From: Nitrospirota bacterium
GTDB lineage: Bacteria; Nitrospirota; UBA9217
Assembly: GCA_963790205.1 (NCBI GenBank)
Contig: CAWBNQ010000001.1
Coordinates: 768,001-832,000 of the forward strand
Direction: 5' to 3'
DNA length: 64,000 nt
The position numbers and the translations under genes were made by a program. The notes beneath the pieces are model-generated. The model saw only the letters and a program-made list of their open reading frames with translations. It did no database searches and was not told where the DNA came from. Shown here piece after piece: positions 50,689 through 59,453 of this stretch (the stretch's first letter is position 1; every line of letters begins with the position of its first letter).

Positions 50689-50828
50689 AAAACGCATCAA
50701 TATTAACCACGAGAACACAAAGGTCCCGGGTAAAAAGAGCGCTTGACTCAAAGCCAGCACATGATTTTCGTCGTTCCCTGGCGCCCCGCGGCAAAAAAAT
50801 CCTAAAATGTTTTTCAGAGGCTACTACT

Positions 50829-51797
50829 ATGAAAAAGTCGTTACTCTTGACCTTAACAGCAGCAGCTTTTATTTTTTCGGCGAACGCGAGCTTTGCCTGT
50901 GATTTCTGTCTGTTATCGCAAGGCATTTCGCCGCTCGACACCATGAAAGGAACGGGCATCAAGATCAGCGAGCGGTACACGCTGCTCGATCAGATATACC
51001 AGGGAGCGAGCGAGAAAACGAACCCGGGAGCCAAGGAGACCCATTGGACAACGGAGCTCACCGGATTTTACGGCATCACGCCGGACTTCATGGTGCTGGC
51101 CGTTATTCCGTACAAATACGGCAGAACGACCGGTGAAGCCGACATGACCATGATTCCTTCCCTGCTCGATACCGCGATGGCTGGCGACGCTGCGGGGCTG
51201 GGAGATGTTGCGCTTCTAGGTCGGTACACATTTTTGAAGCAGGAAAATCCTGATGCCACGAACGTCATGGCCGGTCTTGTCGGAATCAAGTTTCCGACCG
51301 GAAGAACGAATGCACGGACGTCGGACGGCATGGATTATCTCGACAGCCACATGCAGCCGGGGACGGGCTCGACGGACTACCTCCTGGGGCTCTCTTTCAG
51401 TCATTCGCTCAGCCGCTTCTCGGTGTCCGCCAACGTGCTCGGCACGATTGCCGGGGCGGGAAAGTTCGGGACCACGGAGCATGAGTTCGGAAACTCCATG
51501 AACTATGACGTGACCGCAAAATATCGCGTTATCCCCAAGCAGTTCTCGCCCATGAAGCCCCAGCTCTTTGCGGCGCTCGGGCTGAACGGAGAAGTGCGGG
51601 AGCGGGAAAAGGAAGACCACGTGACCGTACCGGACTCGGGCGGGAATATCATTTATCTTTCGCCGGGACTGCAGCTCGTGCTCGCGCCGCACTGGATCGT
51701 GGACCTGTCGTACCAGCGCGCGATCTATCACAATCTTTACGGGACCCAGCTCGGCGAAACCTATAAGGCGGTCACCGGGGTGACGTATTTATTTTAA
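50829..51797 (+). CDS. Putative outer-membrane beta-barrel transporter with N-terminal CxxC
   Basis: Signal peptide then CDFC; GLGDV, KFPTG, QPGTGSTD and YLSPG motifs; terminal F. Confidence 0.75.
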   Translation: MKKSLLLTLTAAAFIFSANASFACDFCLLSQGISPLDTMKGTGIKISERYTLLDQIYQGASEKTNPGAKETHWTTELTGFYGITPDFMVLAVIPYKYGRTTGEADMTMIPSLLDTAMAGDAAGLGDVALLGRYTFLKQENPDATNVMAGLVGIKFPTGRTNARTSDGMDYLDSHMQPGTGSTDYLLGLSFSHSLSRFSVSANVLGTIAGAGKFGTTEHEFGNSMNYDVTAKYRVIPKQFSPMKPQLFAALGLNGEVREREKEDHVTVPDSGGNIIYLSPGLQLVLAPHWIVDLSYQRAIYHNLYGTQLGETYKAVTGVTYLF

Positions 51798-51820
51798 CGA
51801 TCGGAGCGAGACTGAAATAC

Positions 51821-51854
51821 AAAAGGCCGCTGAGAAATCTCAGCGGCCTTTTTT
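51821..51854. terminator. Bidirectional intrinsic terminator
   Basis: AAAAGGCCGCTGAGA / TCTCAGCGGCCTTTT. Confidence 0.9.
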
Positions 51855-51881
51855 GCGCATGGCAATCGCGATGTCCGGAGT

Positions 51882-53670
51882 CTACTCCGCCCTCACCAGG
51901 TCCTCGAACCGGATATCCACTCCGAACACGCCGACGATCTCGCTGTTTTCGTTGCTAATGGGCGCAGAGACGGTGATGCAGAGCGCGCCGGTGATCTTCG
52001 AGGTATAGAAGTCCGACACGAAGCTCTTGCCGTCCTTTACGGGGCTGATGAACCACGGCCGGTCCGAAAAATTGTCCCCGAGGCCCGAATGCTCGAACTG
52101 GGCCTTGTACTGGATCTGGGTGATGTTCTTGGTGGTCTTCCTGCCCTCGGCGTTCACCACGTAGGCGAACTGGATAAAGGGGTTCTCGTCCAGCAGTTTT
52201 TGGATAACGGACTCCTGCTTCGCATGGTCCATGGTGCGCATCTCGTTCTTTTCCACCATTCTCTCGACGAGGTGAAGCGATATCTCCTGGGCCTTTTTCT
52301 TGAGCTTGTCCAGGTCGGACACGAAGTATTCGGGCAAATATTTTTTCGTCTTCTCGATCAGCTCGTCGTGAGAGATGCTCGTTGTCCTGCCCTGCTCGTA
52401 CTGTTCCATCACCCACTTGTGCACCTTCGCCAGCCCCGGATGGCGCTTGTCGATCTTCTTGTCCGCATCAAGCTGGAGGTGACTGTTCACCCAGTGGGCG
52501 ATGCCCGCGATGCCGGACTTGTCGGTGATGATGACGCCCATGGGCCGCTTGAGGATCTTCGAGGTGTCGAAGATATTGTAGATCTCCTCGTTCTTCATCA
52601 TGCCGTCGGCATGGATGCCCGCGCTCGTGGAGTTGAACTCGGAGCCCACAAAGGGATAATTGGCCGGGATCGGGAAGTCCATCTCCCTGCGGAAATACTC
52701 GGCCATCTCGGTGATGGCGATGGTGTCGATGCCCGCGTCGTTGCCGGTGAGGCTGATGTAATCGATCAGCATGGCCTCGACGGGCGTGTTGCCCGTGCGC
52801 TCGCCGAATCCCAAGAAGCGCCCCGTTTACCGAAGAGCAGCCGTACATCCACGCAGCGATGCCGTTGACGAGCCCTTTATGGAAGTCGTTATGACCGTGC
52901 CACTCGAGCTGTTCCGACGGAACGCCGCCGTCGTGAATGAGCGCGTAGAAAATTTCAGGAACGCCGCGCGGCAGCGCCGTGCCGGGGAAGGGAAACCCGT
53001 AGCCCATGGTGTCGCAGGCCCTGATCTTGATCGGCACCTTTGCCTGTTCCGAAATCTTCATCAGCTCCTGCGCGAAAGGGATGACGAAGCCGTAGAAGTC
53101 AGCCCGTGTAATGTCTTCGAGGTGGCAGCGGGGAATAATGCCCTGCTCGAGCGCCGTGGCAACGATGTCGAGGTACGCCTTGAGCGCGTCTTTGCGCGAC
53201 ATATTAAGCTTGAGGAAGATGTGATAGTCCGAGCAGGAGGTCAGGATCCCGGTCTCCTTGAGCCCCATCTCCTTCACGAGCTTGAAGTCGTTCTTGTTCG
53301 CCCTGATCCAGCCGGTGATCTCCGGATACCGGTAGCCGCGCTCCCTGCAGAGCCGCACCGCTTCCCGGTCCTTCTCCGAATAGAGGAAAAACTCGGTCTG
53401 GCGGATCACGCCGTTCGGGCCGCTCATGCGGTGCATGAAGTCGAAGATGTCGGCGATCTGCTTCGGCGTATAAGGCGGCCGGGACTGCTGGCCGTCGCGG
53501 AAGGTGGTGTCCGTGATCCAGATGTCCTTGGGGATGTTGGTCTGGATAAGCCGTTCTTCGAGCACCACGCGCGGGACGCTCGCATAGGGGAACATGTCCC
53601 GGTACAGGACCGGCTCCTTCACGTCCTTGAGCTCGAAGGGTGTTTTTGTTGTCTGCTTTTTAATGGTCAA
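51882..53670 (-). CDS. Re-citrate-synthase-like DRE-TIM enzyme with C-terminal Cache-like domain; +1 frameshift at ~52810-52812
   Basis: TDTTFRDGQQSR, HLEDITRAD, EWHGHNDF, GERTGN and AGIHADG motifs; then SDRPWF…YTSKITG.LCITVS. Removing one G joins the ORFs (LLGFGE). Confidence 0.8.
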
Positions 53671-53690
53671 CGGAACCTCCTGACTAAAAC

Positions 53691-53779
53691 AAATCCTAAA
53701 TGCGAATTTCGAAATACTAAATGTTTTTACTTTTGGATATTTGAATTTATGTCGGATTTAGGTTTTCGTACTTGGAATT
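53691..53779. repeat. 7-nt-periodic imperfect inverted repeat
   Basis: aaatcct-aaatgcg-aatttcg-aaatact … tttaggt-tttcgta-cttggaa. Confidence 0.6.
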
Positions 53780-53782
53780 GCC

Positions 53783-54454
53783 TTACGCTCCCCTGATTCC
53801 CCTGATTGCCGACGCATAATCCTTGGCGCCAAAGACAGCCGAGCCTGCAACGAGGATGTCGGCCCCGGCCTTGATGATCTCTGCCGCGTTCGAAGGTTTT
53901 ACCCCGCCGTCCACCTCGATCTCGGTCTTGAGCCCAAGGTCGTTGATCCGTTTCCGGAGACTGGTTATCTTTTCCAGCGCCGAGGGGATGAAGGCCTGGC
54001 CGCCGAAGCCGGGGTTCACGGACATGATGAGCACCATGTCCACATTGGACAGAACGTAGTCCAGGCTCGTGAGCGGCGTCGCCGGGTTGAGCGCCACCGC
54101 CGCCTTGACGCCTTTGTGCTCCTTGATCGACTGGACGAGCCGGTCCAGATGAAAAGCAGTCTCCACATGGACCGTGATATAGTCAGCGCCCGCCCTGGCG
54201 AAATCGGCGATGTACAGCTCGGGATTCGTTATCATGAGGTGGACGTCGAGCGGCAGCTTCGTGGACCTGCGGGCCGCTTCGACGATCAAGGGCCCGATGG
54301 TGATGTTCGGCACGAAGTGGCCGTCCATCACGTCGACGTGAATGATATCGGCGCCGGCGGTCTCAACGGCCCTGATCTCCTCGCCCAGCCGGGAAAAATC
54401 AGCGGAGAGGAGCGAGGGAGCTATCTTGATTTTTTTTATCATGTCATTCCTCAA
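53783..54454 (-). CDS. rpe: Ribulose-phosphate 3-epimerase
   Basis: [32 protein letters not shown] and VDGG motifs. Confidence 0.97.
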   Translation of the reverse strand: MRNDMIKKIKIAPSLLSADFSRLGEEIRAVETAGADIIHVDVMDGHFVPNITIGPLIVEAARRSTKLPLDVHLMITNPELYIADFARAGADYITVHVETAFHLDRLVQSIKEHKGVKAAVALNPATPLTSLDYVLSNVDMVLIMSVNPGFGGQAFIPSALEKITSLRKRINDLGLKTEIEVDGGVKPSNAAEIIKAGADILVAGSAVFGAKDYASAIRGIRGA

Positions 54455-54476
54455 AAAACAACTGCGCGTTGCGCGC

Positions 54477-55193
54477 TTACCTGCTCACCACAATATCCAC
54501 CGTCGCATCGGCGGCAACCGGCGAACCCGCGCCCGGCTTCTGCTGTATGACGGTGCGTTCCGCTGCCGCAGTTTTTTCGCCCGCTGCCCTGTAAAGCACC
54601 CGGCGCTGCAGTCCCATGCGGTCGATGGTCTTTACGGCCTCTTCCGCCCTTTTTCCCGTCAGCTTAGGCATAACGAACGTCTCGGCCTTCCTGCCGGAAC
54701 TGACCAGCAGGCTGATTGCGCCGCCCTTGTCAAGCTGGCTGCCGGCCGGAGGGTCCTGGGCGATCACAATATCGCGATCCACGCTCTCGGACGAGACCCG
54801 CGAAACCGTGCCGGGGACGAACCCCGCCTGCCGGACCATGATGTCGGCCTTGCGATAAGGCTCTCCTGTGAGCTTCGGCGCTTGCGCGTCGCTCGGGCCC
54901 TGGCTCACGATCACGTGGATTTGCCGGCCCTTTTTGATGCCGTTTCCCGCGGCGGGCGACTGGGATATCACGGCGTCGCGCGGCAGGGTCGGATGGGGCT
55001 CGCGCCGGTCGACCTTGAGCTGCAGGCCCTGTTGGGTGACGGTCTCGAGCGCGGTCACGATGTCCTTGCCCGTAAGGTCGGGCACGCGCACCTCATCCTG
55101 CTGCAGAAGCAGCGCAACGACCGCGAAGGCGCTCACGATGCCCACACCCACCAGCGCTAGGAATATGCCGAGACCTTTCAGAAATCTTTTCAT
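54477..55193 (-). CDS. Membrane-anchored triple-PASTA domain protein
   Basis: TM helix followed by three PxLTG…QxP..G repeats. Confidence 0.9.
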   Translation of the reverse strand: MKRFLKGLGIFLALVGVGIVSAFAVVALLLQQDEVRVPDLTGKDIVTALETVTQQGLQLKVDRREPHPTLPRDAVISQSPAAGNGIKKGRQIHVIVSQGPSDAQAPKLTGEPYRKADIMVRQAGFVPGTVSRVSSESVDRDIVIAQDPPAGSQLDKGGAISLLVSSGRKAETFVMPKLTGKRAEEAVKTIDRMGLQRRVLYRAAGEKTAAAERTVIQQKPGAGSPVAADATVDIVVSR

Positions 55194-55562
55194 GAGTTAA
55201 GCACCTATTTTACCCAGAATGGACGCAAGAAGCAAGATTTTTGGCCGAGAAGGGAAACGAATTTTCGCGGATAAAACCATGACGAAAAAAGCATTTGGGT
55301 ATGGATACGGCCGGGTTTGCACTGATTTTTAATAGTAAAACCGACAGTTGCGAATCAAATTCGACCCAAATTGAAAACAAAATTCAGCCGCGAAGGCTCT
55401 AAGACTCAAAGAAAACATGAAGAATTAAGGTATTTTACAAATAGGTATTTATTCACTGAATGAATTTCTTCGTGCCCTCGAGTCTTTGTGGCGTGCTTGG
55501 TTCCGGCTTGTCCGGGTTAGGGAAACATCACGCAAATCCCGCGGCCCCGTGTCAATCCGCTG

Positions 55563-56894
55563 CTAAGAATGTTTTCTTACCAGCCTCACGCCGAAAAATC
55601 CATCCATTGCCGGCTCATCGGGAAAAGTGCGAAAAAAACCTCTATCATCCACAAGTCTGGCTGCAGATGCAGGAAGAAGCTGTTGCGGATCCTCTATGGC
55701 AAATTCGTTGTGCTCCGCAAGAAAAGAATCGATCACCTCCTCGTTTTCTTCAGGCTCCGTGGTGCAGGTCGCGTAAACCAGCGCGCCGCCGGGCTTGAGC
55801 AGTAAGGCACAATTCTCGAGGATCCCGCGCTGGAGCACAGCCCGCTCCCTGATTGCTTTTTCGTTCTTGTTCCAACGCCCGTCGGGATGCCTGCGAAGCA
55901 CGCCGAGGCCCGAGCAGGGGGCGTCGATCAGGACCTTGTCGAACCGGCCTTCTTGATACTTCATCGCATCACCCCATACCGGAGAGATGATGGATATGCC
56001 GAGCCGCGCACTGTTCTCGCGGATCCTCTTGAGGCGGCCCTGATCGCTTTCGAGCGCTATGACCGCACCGCGGTTCTCCATGAGTTCGGCAAGGTGCGTT
56101 GCTTTGCCGCCCGGCGCGGCGCACGCATCGAGCACGGTCTCGCCGGGCCGGGGGCCGAGCATGAGGCTGATAAGCTGGGGTGCCTGGTCCTGGACCATAA
56201 ACCAGCCCTTTCCATAGGCCGTGAGCGAACGAAGGCCCGGCGACGAGATGATTTCAAGACCGACGGTCGAATAGGCGGTTTCGATTGCCGCTGCGCCTTC
56301 CGCTTCGAGCGAGGCTTTTAGCCGGTCCCGCGTGGTCTTGAGCGTGTTGGCCCTGACACTGAGCGGCGCAGGCCGGTTGTTCTCGCGCAGAAGCCTTTCC
56401 GCTCTTTCCTCGCCGAACCGCTTCACCCAGCGCCTCACGAGCCATTCGGGGTGGGAATGGAGAATAGAGAGCCTCTTGACCGGATCGTCCGGGCCGGGAC
56501 CAACGAGGGAGGCGCGCTTACGGTCCAGGTTCCTGAGCAGGCCGTTCACGTAACCGCCTTTTTTTCCATAATCCTTGGCCAGGTCGGCCGCGGTGTTCAC
56601 CGCTGCGCTCACAGGGATCTTGTCCAGAAAAAGCATCTGGTAGGCGCCGAGGCGAAGAATGTTCCTGGTCCATGCGTCGGTCTTCGCAAGAGGATGTGTG
56701 GAAAATTGATTCAAGGTCCAGTCCAGGAGCGTCCGGTTCCTGAGCGTTCCGTAGACGAGTTCGAGGATAAAGGCGTTGTCGCGCGCATCGAAGGCCTGCC
56801 GTGCCCGGTCCAAAAGCGCGTCAGCAAAGGCCCCGGTCTCGACGCGGGTAAGTATCTCGAGGGCTTTCTCCCGGGGTTTATCCTTCTGTGCCAC
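55563..56894 (-). CDS. rsmB: 16S rRNA m5C967 methyltransferase RsmB/Sun
   Basis: NusB-like N-terminus, DACAAPGGK, DAPCSG.G and YATCT motifs; start uncertain (56894-56939). Confidence 0.93.
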   Translation of the reverse strand: MAQKDKPREKALEILTRVETGAFADALLDRARQAFDARDNAFILELVYGTLRNRTLLDWTLNQFSTHPLAKTDAWTRNILRLGAYQMLFLDKIPVSAAVNTAADLAKDYGKKGGYVNGLLRNLDRKRASLVGPGPDDPVKRLSILHSHPEWLVRRWVKRFGEERAERLLRENNRPAPLSVRANTLKTTRDRLKASLEAEGAAAIETAYSTVGLEIISSPGLRSLTAYGKGWFMVQDQAPQLISLMLGPRPGETVLDACAAPGGKATHLAELMENRGAVIALESDQGRLKRIRENSARLGISIISPVWGDAMKYQEGRFDKVLIDAPCSGLGVLRRHPDGRWNKNEKAIRERAVLQRGILENCALLLKPGGALVYATCTTEPEENEEVIDSFLAEHNEFAIEDPQQLLPASAARLVDDRGFFRTFPDEPAMDGFFGVRLVRKHS

Positions 56895-57657
56895 GGGTAT
56901 CACAATGGCCGCTTGCGAGGTATTCAAGCGCTTCGGCAACTTTGCCGATGTTCACGCTGGTATTAAAGCATGGCCCGAAAGGACGTTCGTTCAGGATGCC
57001 GATCACCGGAAGGGGGTAGGCGTCCTGGATGCCGCTCGTCAGGTCCCGCTCGCAGGCCACGGCGATGATCGCCTGCGGTTTCGCTTCCGCCACCCGCCGG
57101 CGCGCGAGCGTGCCGCCGGTTGCAACCGAGAGGTGCACGTCGTGTTTTTTCGCGAGCACTACCAGGTCCTTTATCTTGCACTTGCCGCAGGCCTGACACT
57201 TGTACGCATCGGTCGTGATTTTGATGGCGCAGTCGTTGAACTGGAGGCAGTGCGGCATGAGGAGCAGGATGCGCCTGGGCTTGATGTCGCGGCACTTGGC
57301 CCGGACCAGGAGGTTGTTCACTTCCACAAAGGACTGCTGGATCTTTTCCTTCGAGATACCGAGGAGTTTGCCCAGTACGATCATGATGGGAAAGAGCACC
57401 TCGATCACGATCCCCCGGAGCCGCGCGGCGAAAAAAATTTCCCTGCCCCGTATGAGGGTGAGGATGAGCAGCCCCACGCCGAGGATCAGGATGCTGAGCG
57501 CCGTACCCATGCTGAAGCAGACGATCGTGGGCGCAAGGGGATGGATGTTCTTCAGGCCGATGTAGGGGATCAGATACAGCCCCACGGTGGCTGCGGTGAT
57601 AAGAAATGCCGTAAAGACGATGAGGCCGATAAATATGCGTTTTTTGGGTTCAGACAT
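56878..57657 (-). CDS. DUF116 family membrane protein
   Basis: LLMPHCLQ…C…CQACGKC, ATGGTLAR, AVACERDL and GPC motifs. Confidence 0.85.
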   Translation of the reverse strand: MSEPKKRIFIGLIVFTAFLITAATVGLYLIPYIGLKNIHPLAPTIVCFSMGTALSILILGVGLLILTLIRGREIFFAARLRGIVIEVLFPIMIVLGKLLGISKEKIQQSFVEVNNLLVRAKCRDIKPRRILLLMPHCLQFNDCAIKITTDAYKCQACGKCKIKDLVVLAKKHDVHLSVATGGTLARRRVAEAKPQAIIAVACERDLTSGIQDAYPLPVIGILNERPFGPCFNTSVNIGKVAEALEYLASGHCDTRGTEG

Positions 57658-57665
57658 GTTCTTTA

Positions 57666-57787
57666 AAATTCCGGATTACAAATCCTAAATTGCAAATAAA
57701 TTCCATACTCCAAAATCCAAAACGTTTGGAACTTTGAATTTGATGTCTGGTGCTTATTTGTGATTTGGTATTTGAGATTTGGCGCTT
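57666..57787. repeat. 7-nt-periodic long imperfect hairpin overlapping the fmt 3' end
   Basis: aaattcc-ggattac-aaatcct-aaattgc-aaata … tatttg-tgatttg-gtatttg-agatttg. Confidence 0.7.
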
Positions 57788-58713
57788 GTTATCTCGAACT
57801 TCTTCCCTTCAATTTCGCGGTGGCCGCGCAGAAAGTCAGCCGCAGGCATGGGTTTTTTGCCTGCCGGCTGAATGCGGAGGATGCGGAGCAGCCCTTTTCC
57901 CGTGCCCACCTCGAGCGTGTTATCCGCCCGCTGGTGCACGAGGGCGGGTTCTCCCTCCCCGGGAAGGACCTCGGTCTCGAGTATCTTGATCATGCCCCCG
58001 TCGAGAAACGTATACGCTCCCGGCCAGGGAGAAAAACCCCGCACCCTGTTGTGTATGTCCGCCGCGGGAAGAGTCCAGTCAACAAGCCCATCTTCCTTTT
58101 TTAGAAGCGGCGCGAGCGTCGCTTTCGACTCGTCCTGCACCCTCGGCTTGAGAATTCCCGATCCAACGAGCAACAGAGACTTCGTGATGAGCCGAGCGCC
58201 GAGCGCCGAGAGCGTTTCCGTCAACGCGCCCGATGTGTCCCCGGGGCCTATCGGGTGGCTTTCCTGCATGAGGACAGCGCCGGTGTCCATGCCTTCGTCC
58301 ATCTGCATGATGGTAATGCCGGTCTCCTTATCGCCGCGGATGATCGCCCAATTGATGGGTGCGGCGCCCCGGTATGCGGGGAGGAGCGAGGCATGTATAT
58401 TGATGCAGCCGTATTTCGGCAAGGCCAGGACCTCTTTCGGCAGGATCTGTCCGTAGGCAGCCACAACGATGACATCGGGGTTGAGCTTGCGGAGCGCATC
58501 GATGAATATCGGCTCCCGCACGCGTTTGGGCTGATAGAGCGGGAGGCCCAATTGCAGCGCAACGGCCTTGACCGGAGGCGCTGCCACGTTTCGGCCCCTG
58601 CCCGCCGGTTTGTCGATGCGCGTGACCACTCCGACGATTTCATGACCCGCCTCAGCCAAAGCCCGGAGGGGCGGCACGGCAAACTGCGGCGTGCCCATGT
58701 ATACGAGTCTCAT
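57754..58713 (-). CDS. fmt: Methionyl-tRNA formyltransferase
   Basis: MGTPQFA, VAAYG, NIHASLLP.YRGAAP and MDEGMDTG motifs. Confidence 0.97.
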   Translation of the reverse strand: MRLVYMGTPQFAVPPLRALAEAGHEIVGVVTRIDKPAGRGRNVAAPPVKAVALQLGLPLYQPKRVREPIFIDALRKLNPDVIVVAAYGQILPKEVLALPKYGCINIHASLLPAYRGAAPINWAIIRGDKETGITIMQMDEGMDTGAVLMQESHPIGPGDTSGALTETLSALGARLITKSLLLVGSGILKPRVQDESKATLAPLLKKEDGLVDWTLPAADIHNRVRGFSPWPGAYTFLDGGMIKILETEVLPGEGEPALVHQRADNTLEVGTGKGLLRILRIQPAGKKPMPAADFLRGHREIEGKKFEITSAKSQIPNHK

Positions 58714-58830
58714 AAGCTAAAATCCGTCGGGCGAAAAAAAATGAGTCCCTCAGGGGTTAGGCGGAAAGCGTAAGAGCGAAAAGCTTCAGCCCTCCCGGCC
58801 CCTGTCTCTCGTCTTCCCGTTTTTAACACA

Positions 58831-59358
58831 TCATGGCTTCTCGGTCTTGTCCAGCGCCATTTTTTTTAGTCTTCGCTTGAAAATGCTTTTTTTGAGCGGG
58901 CTCAGCCTGTCTATGAACAGCAGTCCGTTGAGATGGTCGATTTCATGCTGGAGGGCCTTTGCCAGGAGTCCTTCGGCCTCGAGTTCGAAGATTTTTCCTG
59001 TCCGGTCCTGGGCGCGCACCTTTACCCTGGAGGCGCGCTTTACTTTCTCCGCGTACTCGGGAATACTGAGGCAACCTTCCTCCTCCACGACCGATCCTTC
59101 CAGGGAGAGGATCTCCGGATTGACGATCACCAGCAGCGGGTGATGCTTTTCTTTCTCTTCCCTGGTGCTCAAATCTATGACCGCGATCTGGAGCGAAACG
59201 CCTACCTGGTTGGCGGCGAGCCCCACTCCCGGGGCAGCGTGCATGGTTTCCACCATGTCGTCGATCAGGCGTTCAATCGCGCCGTTGATGCTGGTAACAC
59301 GATCGGTTTTCCGTCGCAGTACAGGATCTGGGAATTTTCGAATCTCGCGAAGTGCCAT
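58831..59358 (-). CDS. def: Peptide deformylase
   Basis: GVGLAANQ, EGCLS and QHEIDHL motifs. Confidence 0.97.
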   Translation of the reverse strand: MALREIRKFPDPVLRRKTDRVTSINGAIERLIDDMVETMHAAPGVGLAANQVGVSLQIAVIDLSTREEKEKHHPLLVIVNPEILSLEGSVVEEEGCLSIPEYAEKVKRASRVKVRAQDRTGKIFELEAEGLLAKALQHEIDHLNGLLFIDRLSPLKKSIFKRRLKKMALDKTEKP

Positions 59359-59453
59359 ATAATCATATTTAACATGATTTATTTTTAAAATCAAGGTTTA
59401 AGATGGGACGACAGTTGTTGACACCCTGCCGGGCTTTATGGTATTTTTAGACC

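Noticed and set aside
3620..52815. Programmed frameshifting or pseudogenisation at ~3626, ~10510, ~11972 and ~52811
   Set aside because: All four are +1 extensions of a 2-base run to 3 (GGG, AAA, TTT, GGG) in otherwise intact genes, with no slippery heptamer. This fits long-read consensus error; raw reads would settle it.
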